Position numbers and translations under genes: made by a program
Shown: piece after piece, positions 37,802 through 47,360 of the stretch
How the letters are laid out: the number at the start of each line of letters is the position of its first letter
How positions within the stretch are numbered: position 1 is the first letter of the stretch
Source of the DNA: a virus
Length of the DNA stretch: 64,000 nucleotides
Direction: 5' to 3' (one strand)
IMG/VR virus record: IMGVR_UViG_3300023179_000033
Span: 1 to 64,000 of that record
The notes under the pieces: model-generated
What the model was told of the DNA's origin: nothing
The model's input: only the letters and a program-made list of their open reading frames with translations
Database searches by the model: none

Positions 37802-38609
37802 AATTAGCGTTTTTGGCTCTACAGGTTTTATTGGTAAAAAGTGGATAGAATTGTATTCAAAAGAATCTTTTTCTGAAGATAGATCTTCAATTAAATCAGA
37901 AAATAAAGATATTCTTTATTTTAGGGCAACAAATTCTAATTATAATGTTTTTTCAGATCCTTCTTTAGATGTAAAAACGAATTTAACATTACTAACAGAA
38001 TTATTTAAAAATATTGATTCTAGTTATAATTTTAATTTAATATCTAGTTGGTTTGTTTATGGAAAAAATAATTGTGAAATTAATAAAGAGATTGATTATT
38101 GCAATCCGAAAGGTTTTTATTCTATAACTAAATATACTCAAGAACAATTAACAGAATCTTATTGTGAAACAAATAATATTAAATATAAAATATTAAGACT
38201 TTGTAATGTTATCGGTGGAGATCAAAAAGCTACAGCCAAAAAGAATGCTCTAGAATTTCTAATAGATAAATTAAAAAAACACGAAGAAATCAATATTTAT
38301 GAAGGAGATAATTATAGAAATTATTTAAATGTAGAAGATGTCTGCAAGGCAATTAAATTAATAATTGAAAAAGGAAAAAGTAATGAAATATATAATATTG
38401 GAGATACAAAAAGCACAAAATTAATAGATATTATTGATTATTGTAAAAATAGATTAAATTCTAAAAGCATCATCAAAATGATAGAAACGCCAAAATTTCA
38501 TCAACAAGTTCAAACTAAAAATTTCTGGATGGATACATCTAAATTACAATCTTTACATTTTAAACCAAAATATTCCTTAGAAGAAACTTTAAATAAATTA
38601 TGCAAATAA
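37794..38609 (+). CDS. NAD-dependent epimerase/dehydratase
   Basis: GSTGFIG, SSWFVYG, YSITK. Confidence 0.85.
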   Translation: MNKISVFGSTGFIGKKWIELYSKESFSEDRSSIKSENKDILYFRATNSNYNVFSDPSLDVKTNLTLLTELFKNIDSSYNFNLISSWFVYGKNNCEINKEIDYCNPKGFYSITKYTQEQLTESYCETNNIKYKILRLCNVIGGDQKATAKKNALEFLIDKLKKHEEINIYEGDNYRNYLNVEDVCKAIKLIIEKGKSNEIYNIGDTKSTKLIDIIDYCKNRLNSKSIIKMIETPKFHQQVQTKNFWMDTSKLQSLHFKPKYSLEETLNKLCK

Positions 38610-39169
38610 AAAAAATATTCGAAATAGGAGTTGGTGAGGCATATACTTGTAGAACTAAAAGATTTTGGGGTTCTGATATAGAATGCCATTTATTTGAACC
38701 AAATCCAATCTTATATAAAGATTTAATAGATCAAACAAAAGAGTATAAAAATGTTTATGTATATAATATAGCAATAACAGATAAATCTGGAGAAGAAGAA
38801 ATATCATTAATGGGCAACTGTTCTTATATTAATGGGATTATATCTCCGGTGATATTGCATCAAGGTTTTGATTCTGATGCCATAAAAAATGCGTCAAAAA
38901 TAAACATTAAATCCGAAACAATAGATAAATTTGATAAAGGAGATATCGATGTATTATTAATAGATACAGAAGGGTGCGAATGGTTTGTTTTAGAAAAACT
39001 TATTAGTAGACCAAATCAAATAGTAATTGAAACAAGCACAATTGCCGCAGATGGATTACCAACACCAAATAAAAATATAAATAAAATTTTATTTTGGATG
39101 TGGAAAAATAATTATCAATTAGCCTTAAAAGATGAGAATGATAGCCATTTTATGAAGATGAAAACATGA
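38600..39169 (+). CDS. FkbM-like methyltransferase
   Basis: EIGVG, LFEPNP, LLIDTEGCE. Confidence 0.75.
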   Translation: MQIKKIFEIGVGEAYTCRTKRFWGSDIECHLFEPNPILYKDLIDQTKEYKNVYVYNIAITDKSGEEEISLMGNCSYINGIISPVILHQGFDSDAIKNASKINIKSETIDKFDKGDIDVLLIDTEGCEWFVLEKLISRPNQIVIETSTIAADGLPTPNKNINKILFWMWKNNYQLALKDENDSHFMKMKT

Positions 39170-39957
39170 AATATAAAAAAATAAATATTTATAATCGTCA
39201 CTTTAGTCGCAATAAAATTAACCCATTAAGACCAAAATGGTTTGATTACGAAAAAACTTTTGTAAATTTATTAAAAACTACAAATGGAAATCTTTGTAAT
39301 TTAAATATTATATTTGAAAAAGAAGAAGATTACGATAAATATTTTATAAAAAAATATGAAAATCATGCCAAATTTAATGTTAAATTTATTAATACTAACC
39401 GAGAAAAATGGCTTAATAAAACTAGCGAGGATATTGCTTGGAGCAGAAGCATTGCCGCAGCCGCAGAAGTTATAAAAAATGATAATTTACCATCTGATGA
39501 ATTAATTTATATAACAGATGATGATTTTCTTCATGTGCCTTATTGGGCAGAAATAAGTAAAGATTATATTGAAAATTTTATTAATCATGAAAATTTTTGG
39601 TTATGTCCTTGCGATTATGGTGATAAATATTATTTTATAGATGAAAAAGAAACTATTGATCCTTGGGGCACAAATCTTGGGATGTATAAAGACTTAACTT
39701 CAAAGATTAGATTAAGTAATTATTGTCATTGGCGATCTGTTCCTAACTGCTTAACTTCTAGTATGATGCCTGTAAATACTTTTAATCGAGATTTTGATCC
39801 TTATTGGAAAACTGGATACTCAGATGGTTCATTATGTAATGAATTAAAACAAAAGTATAATACTGAATTTTGGACACCAATCAAATCTTTAAGTTGTCAT
39901 GTAGTTCATCCATTTCTTCCCCCATTTATAGATTGGGAAAAAATAAATAATTTATAA
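39166..39957 (+). CDS. GT-A fold glycosyltransferase
   Basis: LIYITDDDFLH, HWR, TPI.SLSCH, PFIDW. Confidence 0.6.
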   Translation: MKYKKINIYNRHFSRNKINPLRPKWFDYEKTFVNLLKTTNGNLCNLNIIFEKEEDYDKYFIKKYENHAKFNVKFINTNREKWLNKTSEDIAWSRSIAAAAEVIKNDNLPSDELIYITDDDFLHVPYWAEISKDYIENFINHENFWLCPCDYGDKYYFIDEKETIDPWGTNLGMYKDLTSKIRLSNYCHWRSVPNCLTSSMMPVNTFNRDFDPYWKTGYSDGSLCNELKQKYNTEFWTPIKSLSCHVVHPFLPPFIDWEKINNL

Positions 39958-39990
39958 AATAAATATAAATAACTAAAATATATAATAAGC

Positions 39991-41031
39991 ATGAAAAAAG
40001 TTATAATTACAGGAGTTACAGGTCAAGATGGATCATATTTGGTTGATTTTCTATTAAAAAATACAAATTATGAAATATATGGAGTTGTAAGAAGAAGTTC
40101 TAATCCAAACCTTAAAAATATTCAACATAATTTAAATAATCAAATGTTTAAATTAATTACCGCAGATCTATCTGATAGTAATTCTATAGATGAAATTGTA
40201 AAAGATATTAGACCAGATTATTTTATTAATTTTGCTGCTCAATCATTTGTAGGAAGTAGTTGGCAACTTCCACTTCAAACATTTGATGCAACTGCTTTAG
40301 GGGCTTTAAGATGTCTTGAAGCTATTAGAAAATATGCACCACATTCTAGATTTTATTCTGCTGGTTCTAGCGAAGAAATGGGCGATGTAATTTATAGTCC
40401 TCAAAATTTAAATCATCCTATAAGGCCAAGAAGCCCTTATGGAGCAGCCAAAGCCGCAGCTAGACACATCACAAAAGTTTATAGAGATTCATATAATCTT
40501 TTTGCAATTCATTCTATTCTCTATAATCATGAAAGCGAAAGAAGAGGCGAAGAATTTGTTACAAGAAAAATTACAAAAAATGTTGCAAGAATTTATCATG
40601 CAATTAAAAATAATCAAGAATTTTTGCCATTAGAACTTGGTAACCTTGACGCAAAAAGAGATTGGAGCCATGCTCAAGATTTTATTGAAGGTATTTGGCT
40701 TATGATGAATCAAGATAAACCTAAAGAATTTATTTTATCATCTAATGAGACTCACTCTATTAGAGAATTTGCAGAAAAAGCATTTGGATACGCTGGAATT
40801 AATGGTCATTGGATTGGCGAAAAACATAATGAAAAATTTATAGCTAATATTAATAATAAAGATATAGAAATTATTAGAATTAATCCTAAATTTTATAGAC
40901 CAGCAGAAGTTGATTTATTGCTTGGAGATTCAACCGAAGCAAGAACTGAATTAAGATGGATACCAAAAATTTCATTTGACAATCTTATTGAAAAGATGGT
41001 AAAGTCAGATATTGAAAACCATCAATCATAA
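39991..41031 (+). CDS. gmd: GDP-mannose 4,6-dehydratase
   Basis: ITGVTGQDGSYL, AAQSFV, PRSPYGAAK, NHESERRG.EFVTRKI, LGNLDAKRDW, RPAEVD. Confidence 0.95.
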   Translation: MKKVIITGVTGQDGSYLVDFLLKNTNYEIYGVVRRSSNPNLKNIQHNLNNQMFKLITADLSDSNSIDEIVKDIRPDYFINFAAQSFVGSSWQLPLQTFDATALGALRCLEAIRKYAPHSRFYSAGSSEEMGDVIYSPQNLNHPIRPRSPYGAAKAAARHITKVYRDSYNLFAIHSILYNHESERRGEEFVTRKITKNVARIYHAIKNNQEFLPLELGNLDAKRDWSHAQDFIEGIWLMMNQDKPKEFILSSNETHSIREFAEKAFGYAGINGHWIGEKHNEKFIANINNKDIEIIRINPKFYRPAEVDLLLGDSTEARTELRWIPKISFDNLIEKMVKSDIENHQS

Positions 41032-41356
41032 GCTTTGTCAATTAATAGTTAAAAAATATATAAAAGGCCAAGTAAATTGGCCAAGAGAAATTAAAATAGC
41101 GCAAAAATTAGTAAAAAAGTTTAATTCATTTGATTTTTGGGATAATCTTCAAGAATTAGGAAGTCCGCCTCCATCACTTGCTTGGTTTCTAAAAGCAGAA
41201 GGCAAAGCTTTTCTTTTAAAAGAATATGAACTATTTAATTTAAATTTAAATCAAAATATAATTAAATTACAAGAAAATAAAATAGAAGAAGATAAAAACA
41301 TTTGCAAAAAACCTAAAAGCCTGCTAGAATTTATAAGATATGGGAAGAAAACCTAA
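41012..41356 (+). CDS. hypothetical protein
   Basis: TTG-start ORF overlapping both neighbours; TTGACA-18-TAAAGT upstream at 40976. Confidence 0.55.
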   Translation: MKTINHKLCQLIVKKYIKGQVNWPREIKIAQKLVKKFNSFDFWDNLQELGSPPPSLAWFLKAEGKAFLLKEYELFNLNLNQNIIKLQENKIEEDKNICKKPKSLLEFIRYGKKT

Positions 41357-42482
41357 AGAAGAAATCGTTCAATCTACTGGCCCAAGTGCATCAGATAGAT
41401 TATTGTCATTTTTAAAAGATAATAAAGAAGACCATTATAATTTTGAAGATGAGATTTATTATAAAGTTTCTACGGGTAGTTTAAATCTAGATATTGCTAC
41501 TAGCGGCGGTCTTTGTCCCGGTTTGCATAGATTTATCGGAATGAATGAAGGCGGCAAAACTTCAGAAGCATTAGAAGTAGCAAAGAACTTTTTGAAAACA
41601 GTAGATAATTCTAGAGCGCTGCTTTTTAAAGCCGAGGGTCGTCTTAGCAAAGAAATCAAAGAAAGATCAGGAATGAAATTTGTTACAGATCCCAAGGATT
41701 GGGTAGACGGAACTTGCTTTGTATTTGAATGCAATATTTTTGAAACAGTTTCTGAATTAATGAAAGATCTAATTCAATCAAATGATGAAAATAAAAGGTA
41801 TATCTTTATTCTTGATTCAGTTGATGGACTTATTACCAAAGGCGATAAAGAGAAAACTTTGAGTGAAGCAACTAAAGTCGCAGGTGGAGCAGTCATCTCT
41901 TCAATGCTTATGAAGAAAATTTCTCTTGCTCTTTCTAAACGCGGTCATATGGCAATTTTTATTAGCCAAGTGCGTTCTGATATTAAACTTGATCCATATG
42001 CAGCAAATAAAGAAGTAAGACAAACAACCGCTACTGGCGGTAATGCATTATTGCATTTTGCTAATTGGATTCTTGAATTTGAACCTCGTTACAATAAAGA
42101 TCTTATTCTTGAAAAACCAAATGAAAAATACGATCCAATTAAAAATAAAATTATTGGACATAATGTAAAAATTGGTATTAAAAAATCAACAAATGAATCA
42201 ACCAATTCTAAAGTTCAATATCCAATTAAATATGGCAGAAAAGAAGGTTCATCTGTTTGGAAAGAATATGAAGTTATAGATCAAATTTTATCTTGGGAAT
42301 TTGCAACAGCAAAAGGCGCATGGGTTACTTTCTCAGATGAAATCATAGAAGAACTTAAAAAATCAAATATTGAACTTAAAAAGCAACATCAAGGGATAGA
42401 TAATCTAAGATTATACCTAGAAGAAAATAAACAAATTACAGATTATTTTTACGATAAATTTATTAAGACGCTTGCATCATGA
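41340..42482 (+). CDS. recA: RecA/UvsX-like recombinase
   Basis: STGSLNLD..GG, GMNEGGKTS (Walker A), FILDSV, FISQVR, TGGNAL, KGAW. Confidence 0.9.
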   Translation: MGRKPKEEIVQSTGPSASDRLLSFLKDNKEDHYNFEDEIYYKVSTGSLNLDIATSGGLCPGLHRFIGMNEGGKTSEALEVAKNFLKTVDNSRALLFKAEGRLSKEIKERSGMKFVTDPKDWVDGTCFVFECNIFETVSELMKDLIQSNDENKRYIFILDSVDGLITKGDKEKTLSEATKVAGGAVISSMLMKKISLALSKRGHMAIFISQVRSDIKLDPYAANKEVRQTTATGGNALLHFANWILEFEPRYNKDLILEKPNEKYDPIKNKIIGHNVKIGIKKSTNESTNSKVQYPIKYGRKEGSSVWKEYEVIDQILSWEFATAKGAWVTFSDEIIEELKKSNIELKKQHQGIDNLRLYLEENKQITDYFYDKFIKTLAS

Positions 42483-42898
42483 GATTGTTAAATATTAACG
42501 GCAAGCTCGTTAATAAAAATGTAAGAAATAATCTAATAAATTGGGAAGGTAAAAGTCGCAGTAAATTACAATTTAAATTTAAGCAATTTTTTCATCCTTA
42601 TTGGAAAAATCATATTGTATATGAAGAATTTCCTGTTTATGGAACAATGCTTAAAGTAGATATATTAAATGCAACAAAAAAGATTGCTGTTGAGATACAA
42701 GGCGATCAACATGAATCATTTAATAAATTTTTTCATGATAACTCTAGATTAAAATATTTAAATAGTATAAAAAGAGATGTAAAAAAAGAAAAATGGCTTG
42801 AATTAAATGGATTTAAATTCTTGGAATTGTATGAAAATGATTTAAAAAATTTGTCACCACAATATATAGAAGAAAAATGCGGAATTCTTATTATTTAA
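42479..42898 (+). CDS. Vsr/DUF559-like PD-(D/E)XK endonuclease
   Basis: VD...IAVEIQGDQH...FH...RD..K. Confidence 0.75.
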   Translation: MRLLNINGKLVNKNVRNNLINWEGKSRSKLQFKFKQFFHPYWKNHIVYEEFPVYGTMLKVDILNATKKIAVEIQGDQHESFNKFFHDNSRLKYLNSIKRDVKKEKWLELNGFKFLELYENDLKNLSPQYIEEKCGILII

Positions 42899-42907
42899 GT
42901 GTAAAAA

Positions 42908-43189
42908 ATGGTAGTGACTAATAAGAAAAAATTTAATTTTCCAGAATCTTTGTTAAAGCAAATTGACGAATGCAGTTTTGGCGGATATATTTTATTTAAC
43001 TTTTCAAGTAAAGGTGAACCTCAAGTTTTCACAAAATTTGATAATCAAATAAATGCTATGGCTCTTTTATATTATGTAAATACTTGGAGTCAAAGTATAG
43101 ATCAACTCAATTTAGAAGCTACCACAGATTTAATTGCAAGAAAAAGTTCAGAAGATGACGATTTAGATTCTCCAGAAGAAGAAAATTAA
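42908..43189 (+). CDS. hypothetical protein with acidic tail
   Basis: 93 aa; GTGTAA at 42899, so GTG 42914 is a possible start. Confidence 0.6.
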   Translation: MVVTNKKKFNFPESLLKQIDECSFGGYILFNFSSKGEPQVFTKFDNQINAMALLYYVNTWSQSIDQLNLEATTDLIARKSSEDDDLDSPEEEN

Positions 43190-43194
43190 AACAC

Positions 43195-43223
43195 TTGACT
43201 TTTAATTTTTACTCTGGTATCAT
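43195..43223 (+). promoter_or_regulatory. sigma70-type promoter
   Basis: TTGACT-17-TATCAT before dnaB. Confidence 0.65.
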
Positions 43224-43233
43224 GTATTACTGA

Positions 43234-45684
43234 ATGATATATTCACTACAAGTAGAAAGACATGTATTAAGCGGGCTGTTAAAACATCAAGATTTGTTTG
43301 CTGATATTGATGTATTTTTAACCGAGAACGATTTTTATAATGACGTTCATTCGTCAATATATACTGTATTTAAAAATATTAAACATAAAGGCGAAAATGT
43401 AGATAAGATTCTATTAGCTGAAAAGATCAAGAATCTAGGTATATCATTTAAAGATGAAATTAATATTTTTGACTATATTGATAATTTAAGTTTTTCACAG
43501 ATCACAGAAGAAGCTACTTTAAATGCTTGTAAAGAATTAATCAAATTAAGAATCCGTAGAGAAATATCTCAAACAGCAGATAAATTAAAAGAATATGTTA
43601 ATAAAAATTCAGAAGATTCAATTGACGATATCATTGGCAAAATAGATCAGATATATAATAAGAAGATTTCAGCATATTCAGAAAATGATATGCCAGTTAA
43701 TATTTTTTCTGAAGTAGAAGACCTTATTGAAGAAATTGGTAATTCTCCAAAAGAAGATACAGGATTGATTACGCCATATTCTGAATTTAATAGAATGTAT
43801 GGTGGTTTAAAAAATAGTAATATTTATGCAATTGCTAGTAGACCGGGGCAAGGTAAAGCTTTAGAAGAAAATACTATTATTTTAACACCAAATGGATTTT
43901 TAAAAATAAAAGATATAAAAGTTGGAGATTATGTATTTTCTATAGATGGCAAACCTACAAAAGTACTAGGAGTAAGAAAATGGGAAAATAGACAAATTTA
44001 TAAAGTATCTACAGATGATAATCAATATATTTTAGCAGATGAAAATCATGAATGGACAGTTCAACAAAGAAGTGATTATAAATGGAAAACTTTAACAACG
44101 AAATATCTTTTTGAAAATAAGTTTAATAAAAAGCCCAAAATTCCTAATTATAAACCTATTCAATTAACTCAACAAAGATTGTTAATTGATCCATATATAT
44201 TAGGAGCTTGGCTAGGTGACGGCAATAGTAACTCAAGTGTATTAACATCAAATGATGCATTTATAATTAATAAATGGAAAATTTTTGGAAAAAAAATTGG
44301 TTTGAAATGCAAAAAATATTCAAGATATGGATATAGATTATGCTCTAATAATAAAAAGAATATATTTACATCATATATAAAATATTTAAATATATTCAAT
44401 AATAAACATATACCTCAAATATATTTAATGGGATCTATAAAACAAAGAAGAGCTTTACTCCAAGGCTTAATTGATACGGATGGATACGTAGCACCAGATG
44501 GTCAAGTTGAATTTTGTAATACAAATAAAAAACTTGCGGAAGATGTTTTATTCTTAATACATTCTTTGGGTATTAAAGCGTCTATGTATGAATCTGATTC
44601 CTTTTTATATAATAAATTTTGTGGTAAAAAATATAGAATAAGATTTTATTATCAATATGCTGCTAAATTACCAAGAAAACGAAAAAATTGTATTAATAGT
44701 AAAAAATATAATCATAGATATTTATCTATAGAAAAATATGGCGTGGGAAATACTGTATGTTTACAAGTAGATCATCCATCTCATTTATTTTTAGCTGGTA
44801 AAGCTTTAATAACGACTCACAATAGTACATGGTTAAATGATATCTGTTTTAAAACTTCTATCAATCCTAAGAATAAAACCAAAACTTTAATTTTAGATAC
44901 GGAAATGCAAACTGTAGATATCCAATTAAGAATGGTTGCATCGCTAACTGATGTACCAGTATGGTATTTGGAAACAGGAAATTGGCGTAAAAACGAAGAG
45001 ATGACCAAAAAAGTTCGTGCGGCTTGGGCAAAAGTAAAAACATATGAATATTTTCATTATCATGTAGGAAATAAAAATATTGATCAAGTTTGCTCTATCA
45101 TTCGTAGATGGTATCTCTCAAAGGTTGGTCGTGGAAATCAAGCTATGATTGCTTATGACTATATCAAACTAACTGGAGAAAAAGTTGGTCAAAATTGGGC
45201 AGAACATCAAGCTATTGGAGAAAAGATTGATAAACTAAAAAGAATATCAGAAGAAATACATTGTCCAATTATTACTGCAATGCAATTAAATAGAACAGGC
45301 GAAAATTTTAATAGAAATTCTAATAATGTAGTTGATGATAGTTCTGTAATTTCACTCTCCGATAGACTTCAATGGTTTGCGTCATTCGTAGCCATCTTTA
45401 GAAGGAAAACTCTTGATGAAGTTACGCTTGATGGACAAGCATTTGGAACGCACAAATTAATTCCAACAAAAACAAGATTCCAAGGTAAAGATGCGGCTGG
45501 ACACCAAGATCTAGTTAGAAGATTAGATTCTGCGGGAAAAGAAGTATGGGCGCAAAACTATTTAAATTATCAAGTTACAAATTTTAATATTGAAGAGCGT
45601 GGTTCACTCAGAGATGTTGCAGAAAGACAAAGAGAGCAATATGAACTCACCGATCAAAATAGAAATGATGGAGAATTGCTATGA
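43234..45684 (+). CDS. dnaB: replicative DNA helicase with intein
   Basis: ASRPGQGK/ST Walker A split by the intein, DTEM, YDYIK, AMQLNR, KTR. Confidence 0.93.
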   Translation: MIYSLQVERHVLSGLLKHQDLFADIDVFLTENDFYNDVHSSIYTVFKNIKHKGENVDKILLAEKIKNLGISFKDEINIFDYIDNLSFSQITEEATLNACKELIKLRIRREISQTADKLKEYVNKNSEDSIDDIIGKIDQIYNKKISAYSENDMPVNIFSEVEDLIEEIGNSPKEDTGLITPYSEFNRMYGGLKNSNIYAIASRPGQGKALEENTIILTPNGFLKIKDIKVGDYVFSIDGKPTKVLGVRKWENRQIYKVSTDDNQYILADENHEWTVQQRSDYKWKTLTTKYLFENKFNKKPKIPNYKPIQLTQQRLLIDPYILGAWLGDGNSNSSVLTSNDAFIINKWKIFGKKIGLKCKKYSRYGYRLCSNNKKNIFTSYIKYLNIFNNKHIPQIYLMGSIKQRRALLQGLIDTDGYVAPDGQVEFCNTNKKLAEDVLFLIHSLGIKASMYESDSFLYNKFCGKKYRIRFYYQYAAKLPRKRKNCINSKKYNHRYLSIEKYGVGNTVCLQVDHPSHLFLAGKALITTHNSTWLNDICFKTSINPKNKTKTLILDTEMQTVDIQLRMVASLTDVPVWYLETGNWRKNEEMTKKVRAAWAKVKTYEYFHYHVGNKNIDQVCSIIRRWYLSKVGRGNQAMIAYDYIKLTGEKVGQNWAEHQAIGEKIDKLKRISEEIHCPIITAMQLNRTGENFNRNSNNVVDDSSVISLSDRLQWFASFVAIFRRKTLDEVTLDGQAFGTHKLIPTKTRFQGKDAAGHQDLVRRLDSAGKEVWAQNYLNYQVTNFNIEERGSLRDVAERQREQYELTDQNRNDGELL
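43858..44823 (+). mobile_element. class-3-type intein with LAGLIDADG endonuclease (322 aa)
   Basis: starts Ala (ALEENT), ends THN/S; HEW, TVCLQV and TTHN give the W-C-T triplet; LGAWLGDG and LQGLIDTDG. Confidence 0.9.
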
Positions 45685-47360
45685 ATGTAGAATTAATCTC
45701 AATTACAAAACCAGAAATTAAAGGAATTAAAAATGCAGAAGATCTTGTAGCATTTTGCGCTAGAGTTAGCAATCCATCTAATCAGATGAATACAGAGACT
45801 GCGCCAAAACTTTTAAAGTTTTTAATAAAACATAAGCATTGGAGTCCATTTGAACTAGTAGATATGTGCGTTGAAATTAAGACTAGTCGTGGTATTGCTG
45901 CGCAGATTCTTAGGCATAGATCATTTAGTTTTCAAGAATTTTGTATATCTGGCGATTCATTGATAACATGTATTATTCCTTCTAATAAATTACCTAATTA
46001 TATTCCTATTGAAAAATTATTTAAAAGACAAAAATGGAAAAATTATAAAAATATATTAGTTAGAGTTTATGATGAAAATAGAAAAGAATTTACGACATCA
46101 AAAATAAAAGAAGTTTTTTATACTGGTAAAAAACCTGTATATAAAATTACTTTATCAGATGGTAAAGAAATAAAATGCACAAAAGAACATAAATTTTATA
46201 CAGATTCTGGATTTAGGAGTTTAGAAGATATAATCGGTTTAGATACTAAACATCATGCTATGACAAAACAAGGATATATTGCTGTTAATGGTATTCCTTG
46301 TTATCAAAATTACGAATGGATGCGTCAATCAAAACAAGAAGCCCTAATTAATAAATTAGGTTTAAAATATATATCACAGAAAGCAAATTGTTCTTATCAT
46401 ACTATAAGAAAATGGCTAACTAAACATAAATTAAATTTTACTAAAAAAGAAGTGGCAATATGTTTTCCTATTTGGAATAAAGATAAATTTGGATATAAAA
46501 CTAATTTAATTGTTTCTGAAAAACATAAAGAAGCTATAAGAAAAGCTAGAAGTAAAGAAAAATGTAATTTTTGGAAAGGTGGATGTGATAGATCAGAACG
46601 ATTAAAAATTGCAGATTGGTGTCAAAAAATAAGAAAACAAAAATTACAAGAATTTAATTATAAATGTAATATTTGTGAATCAAACTCAAAACTAGAGCTT
46701 GACCATATAATACCGGTATATAAAGACAAAACAAAAGCATATAATTATGATAATATTCAAGTTTTATGCTCTAATTGTCATGATAAAAAACATAATATTA
46801 ATGGCGATCCAAAAGAATACAGGCTTCTTAGCGGGGGAAATACTTTATCAATTAAATATGTTTTAATTGAAAAGATAGAATATTTAGGAAAAGAAGACAC
46901 GTATGACATGGAGGTATATCATAATAGCCATAATTATATAGCTAATAAAATTTTAGCACATAACTCTCAAAGATATAGTATTGCAAATGAGTTTGAAGAT
47001 ATTGAACTTCGTTTGCAGGGAGATAAAAACAGACAGGTTGGCGAAAAGTTAATGCCAATAGGTACAGATGCTTACGATAAAGTAAATGAATTACTAGTAG
47101 AATCATTATCTTTGTCACAGCATTGTTATGAAACGATGATAGAGAATGGTGTTGCAAAAGAAGTCGCCAGAATGATATTACCATTAACAACACAAACAAC
47201 TATGTATATGAAAGGTTCATTAAGAAGCTGGATTCATTATATCGAATTAAGAACCGAACAAAATACTCAAAAAGAACATAGAGAAATCGCGGAAAGATGT
47301 AAAAAAATATTTATTAAGGAATTTCCTACAATAAGTGAGGCTTTAGAATGGAACAAGTAA
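45681..47360 (+). CDS. thyX: flavin-dependent thymidylate synthase with intein
   Basis: ARVS, HWSPFE, RHRSFSFQEF/SQRY, EVARMILP, LRSWIHY..LR, QKEHR. Confidence 0.95.
   Translation: MNVELISITKPEIKGIKNAEDLVAFCARVSNPSNQMNTETAPKLLKFLIKHKHWSPFELVDMCVEIKTSRGIAAQILRHRSFSFQEFCISGDSLITCIIPSNKLPNYIPIEKLFKRQKWKNYKNILVRVYDENRKEFTTSKIKEVFYTGKKPVYKITLSDGKEIKCTKEHKFYTDSGFRSLEDIIGLDTKHHAMTKQGYIAVNGIPCYQNYEWMRQSKQEALINKLGLKYISQKANCSYHTIRKWLTKHKLNFTKKEVAICFPIWNKDKFGYKTNLIVSEKHKEAIRKARSKEKCNFWKGGCDRSERLKIADWCQKIRKQKLQEFNYKCNICESNSKLELDHIIPVYKDKTKAYNYDNIQVLCSNCHDKKHNINGDPKEYRLLSGGNTLSIKYVLIEKIEYLGKEDTYDMEVYHNSHNYIANKILAHNSQRYSIANEFEDIELRLQGDKNRQVGEKLMPIGTDAYDKVNELLVESLSLSQHCYETMIENGVAKEVARMILPLTTQTTMYMKGSLRSWIHYIELRTEQNTQKEHREIAERCKKIFIKEFPTISEALEWNK
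45942..46964 (+). mobile_element. intein with HNH endonuclease (341 aa)
   Basis: CISGDS ... CTKEHKF ... TYDMEV..HNYIAN.ILAHN/S; internal CNIC..LELDHIIP..NIQVLCSNCH. Confidence 0.9.
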
